This document shows, one piece after another, positions 61,716-64,000 of a stretch of DNA of 64,000 nt. The first letter of the stretch is position 1, and every line of letters starts with the position of its first letter. The notes under the pieces were generated by a model. The model was not told where the DNA came from, searched no databases, and saw only the letters and a program-made list of their open reading frames with translations. Source of the stretch: an uncultured Thermodesulfobacteriota bacterium (GTDB taxonomy: Bacteria; Desulfobacterota; BSN033; WVXP01); assembly GCA_964348095.1 (NCBI GenBank), contig CAYGBK010000015.1:3840-67839 (forward strand). Reading direction: 5' to 3'. A program made the position numbers and the translations under genes.

Positions 61716-62492
61716 ATGACGAAAATCATCTCTGTTGCTAATCAAAAAGGTGGGGTGGGGAAGACCACAACAGCAATTAATCTGTCGGCTTCACTCGCGG
61801 TTGCAGAGAAGAGGACTCTGCTAGTCGATATCGATCCCCAGGCAAATTCAACCAGTGGCTGTGGGTTCAATAGGGATGAACTCGAGGAGACCGTTTACAG
61901 TGCCATCGTAAGGGGGAGCAACCTTCAAAGGGCTATCCGGACGACAACGGTGCCTTTTCTCGATATTGCCACCTCTAACACCGATCTGATCGGGGCCGAA
62001 ATTGAATTGATCAATGAGACAGACCGAGAGCAGAAGCTCAAGTTCCTTTTGAAAGAAATCGAACAGAATTATAGTTTTGTTCTTATTGACTGTCCTCCGT
62101 CTCTCGGGCTCTTGACTGTCAATTCTCTGACAGCCTCCGACTCGGTGCTTATTCCCCTTCAATGTGAATACTATGCTATGGAAGGATTGGGCCAGTTGAT
62201 GAAAACAATTTCTCTTATCAAGAGTCGGTTGAATCCTGGCCTCCATATTGAGGGCATCCTCCTCACCATGTTCGACATAAGGAACAATTTGTCCCATCAG
62301 GTCGCTCGGGAGGTTCAAAACCATTTTGGGGACAAAGTCTTCAAAACCATCATTCCGAGAAACGTGAGACTCAGCGAGGCTCCAAGTTATGGGAAGCCTG
62401 TCATTCTCTACGATATTCACTCCAAAGGTGCGGAGAGTTATCTGAGCTTGGCTCAGGAAGTCTTGTTCAACGGGGGAAATCGACATGGGTAA
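61716..62492 (+). CDS. parA: chromosome partitioning ATPase ParA/Soj
   Basis: Deviant Walker A KGGVGKTTTAINL. Confidence 0.9.
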   Translation: MTKIISVANQKGGVGKTTTAINLSASLAVAEKRTLLVDIDPQANSTSGCGFNRDELEETVYSAIVRGSNLQRAIRTTTVPFLDIATSNTDLIGAEIELINETDREQKLKFLLKEIEQNYSFVLIDCPPSLGLLTVNSLTASDSVLIPLQCEYYAMEGLGQLMKTISLIKSRLNPGLHIEGILLTMFDIRNNLSHQVAREVQNHFGDKVFKTIIPRNVRLSEAPSYGKPVILYDIHSKGAESYLSLAQEVLFNGGNRHG

Positions 62493-63342
62493 AAGGATAG
62501 CCCTTGGGAAAGGATTGGGGGCTCTGATTCCTGATGCGGATAAACCAAAAGGTGAGCTTTTTCTGTGCGGCATCGAGGAGATTGTCCCAAATCGAAGACA
62601 GCCCCGAAAACGATTTGATGAGGAAAAGATAAAGGAATTGACAGAATCGATTAAAGAAAAGGGGATCCTTGAACCTCTATTGGTTAGAAAAGCCGGGGAC
62701 GGGTATGAATTGATTGTGGGGGAGAGGCGATGGCGGGCAGCCCAGAAGGCCGGTCTTAGGGAAGTGCCCGTACTCCTTAGGCATGTTGAGGATCGTGAGG
62801 CTCTCGAACTTGCCCTGGTGGAGAATCTTCAGCGGGAAGATCTTGGAGTTCTTGAAGAAGCTGATGGATACCGGCAATTGATTGACGAATTCCAGTTCAC
62901 CCAGGAGAAACTGGCGTCACGAATTGGGAAGGATCGTACGTCTATCACAAATACACTAAGGTTACTTCGCCTTCCTGACGATATAAAGGAGAAACTCGCG
63001 GACAACGCCCTTTCGCCTGGCCACGGGAGGGCATTGCTCAGTTTGCCGACCGAAGTCGATCAGAGGGAGGCATGTAACACAATCATCAGAAAGGGCCTCT
63101 CGGTTCGAGAGACGGAGAGTCTGGTGAGACGGTGGAGGACGAGAAAGCCAGTTTCACCATCCGCCAAGGAGTCGGTGGACCTTGAATGGAAGCAACTGCA
63201 GGACGATCTCAGGAGATTTCTGAGCACTAGGGTACACATCTCACGGAGGGGCAAGGGGGGTAAGATTTCGATTGAATTCTATTCGCCCGCTGAACTTCAG
63301 AGAATCGCAGACCTCATTACTGGGGAGAAAGGAGTCTTATAA
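62485..63342 (+). CDS. parB: chromosome partitioning protein ParB/Spo0J
   Basis: LEPLLVRKAGDGYELIVGERRWRAAQKAGL (ParB box II, GERRxRA). Overlaps the parA stop. Confidence 0.9.
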   Translation: MGKRIALGKGLGALIPDADKPKGELFLCGIEEIVPNRRQPRKRFDEEKIKELTESIKEKGILEPLLVRKAGDGYELIVGERRWRAAQKAGLREVPVLLRHVEDREALELALVENLQREDLGVLEEADGYRQLIDEFQFTQEKLASRIGKDRTSITNTLRLLRLPDDIKEKLADNALSPGHGRALLSLPTEVDQREACNTIIRKGLSVRETESLVRRWRTRKPVSPSAKESVDLEWKQLQDDLRRFLSTRVHISRRGKGGKISIEFYSPAELQRIADLITGEKGVL

Positions 63343-63797
63343 TGATAGGTGCCAAAGATCAAAAGGGAATACCCAAGGTTGACGAGGTGAATGCCTTTCT
63401 GGGCAAAGGGACGACCTTCGAGGGAAAGATGACTTTTGAAGGCATATTCCGCCTTGACGGGAAGTTTGAGGGGGAGATATTTGCTGGAGATTCCTTGATT
63501 GTTGGAGAGACAGGCGAGGTCAATGCGCAAATAAAGGTGAACGCCCTCATGGTGAACGGGAACGTGAGCGGTAACATCGTCGCGAACAGTCGGGTGGAAA
63601 TCTATCCGCCGGGTCGTGTTGTCGGCGATATCAAGACACCCACGCTGGTTATTTCGGAGGGCGCCATTTTTGAGGGGAATTGCCAGATGCAGAAAAAGGA
63701 GACGAGACGCGACGAAAAGGTGTCCGTGTTGAAGGTGAAAGGAGATGAAAAGGAAGAGTTAGAGATCACGGAGATCGAAACAGAATCAGGTTCCTGA
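63342..63797 (+). CDS. bactofilin (DUF583) family cytoskeletal protein
   Basis: Repetitive beta-helical core GDSLIVGETGEVNAQIKVNALMVNGNVSGNIVANSRVEIYPPGRVVGDI. Start overlaps the parB stop (TAATG). Confidence 0.8.
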   Translation: MIGAKDQKGIPKVDEVNAFLGKGTTFEGKMTFEGIFRLDGKFEGEIFAGDSLIVGETGEVNAQIKVNALMVNGNVSGNIVANSRVEIYPPGRVVGDIKTPTLVISEGAIFEGNCQMQKKETRRDEKVSVLKVKGDEKEELEITEIETESGS

Positions 63798-64000
63798 CGG
63801 GCAGTTCCTTTGCGATTTGATCCAGAAAACAGAACGTTCACAGGTGCAGGAATTGCATAGAAGATAACGCCCTTCTGACATTTTCCCATATTTGTTAGCT
63901 GCGCTATCTTTACAGACAAGAAAAGAATCCGTTCCAGGGTCTTTCGAGGACGCTTTCCATTATTACTTACCTCCGCCCCACGTGCCGCGCAGGAGTCTGT

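Noticed and set aside
1-64000. CRISPR arrays, integrases/transposases, rRNA operons
   Set aside because: No evenly spaced direct repeats, no DDE/tyrosine-recombinase motifs and no rRNA-like conserved stretches were seen on either strand.

Overview
This is a 64-kb bacterial chromosomal segment of about 52% GC. It reads as a core-genome stretch with several accessory-looking insertions.

**Core genes.** The right half carries a conserved translation/cell-cycle neighbourhood: ffh, rpsP, a KH-domain gene, rimM, trmD, an unassigned 193-aa gene, rplS, rnhB and yraN on the minus strand. Downstream lie bamD, rsmG, parA, parB and a bactofilin gene. Further left are gyrA, rpoD, priA, hup, glgC and a tRNA-Ala(CGC).

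**Transport and stress.** A complete TRAP transporter (dctM, dctQ, dctP) sits next to a TatT-like TPR lipoprotein, which marks it as a TPAT-type system. A second, orphan DctP paralog is at 5.4 kb. A stress cluster holds DJ-1/PfpI, an iron-sulfur flavoprotein, a PNPOx-like gene and Hsp20.

**Candidates for undescribed systems.**
- A divergent cluster at 30.9-33.7 kb. A DUF1848 protein with a C-terminal Cx3Cx2C motif faces a COG1313/PflX-like radical SAM enzyme. The radical SAM gene is translationally coupled (GTGA overlap) to a coiled-coil/winged-helix protein with an Mrr-like PD-(D/E)xK nuclease motif.
- A 728-aa protein (27993..30176) that fuses a metallo-beta-lactamase (HxHxDH) domain to two tandem cyclic-nucleotide-binding domains.
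- A 725-aa fusion of a GH63-like glycoside hydrolase with a DUF547 domain.
- A small cysteine-rich peptide flanked by zinc-ribbon mini-ORFs, next to a 600-nt ORF-free tract.
- A CorE-like ECF sigma factor with a cysteine-rich C-terminal tail.

**Genes missed or disrupted.** A 30-aa bS22-like ribosomal protein gene (35530..35622) is not in the ORF track. Three genes (M4 metalloprotease, RsmF-like methyltransferase, PNPOx-like) are broken by frameshifts or in-frame stops next to homopolymer runs. These are either real pseudogenes or assembly indels.

**Not found.** I saw no CRISPR array, no integrase or transposase, and no rRNA.

**Limits.** Every call rests on motif recognition by eye. Nothing here was checked by database search.
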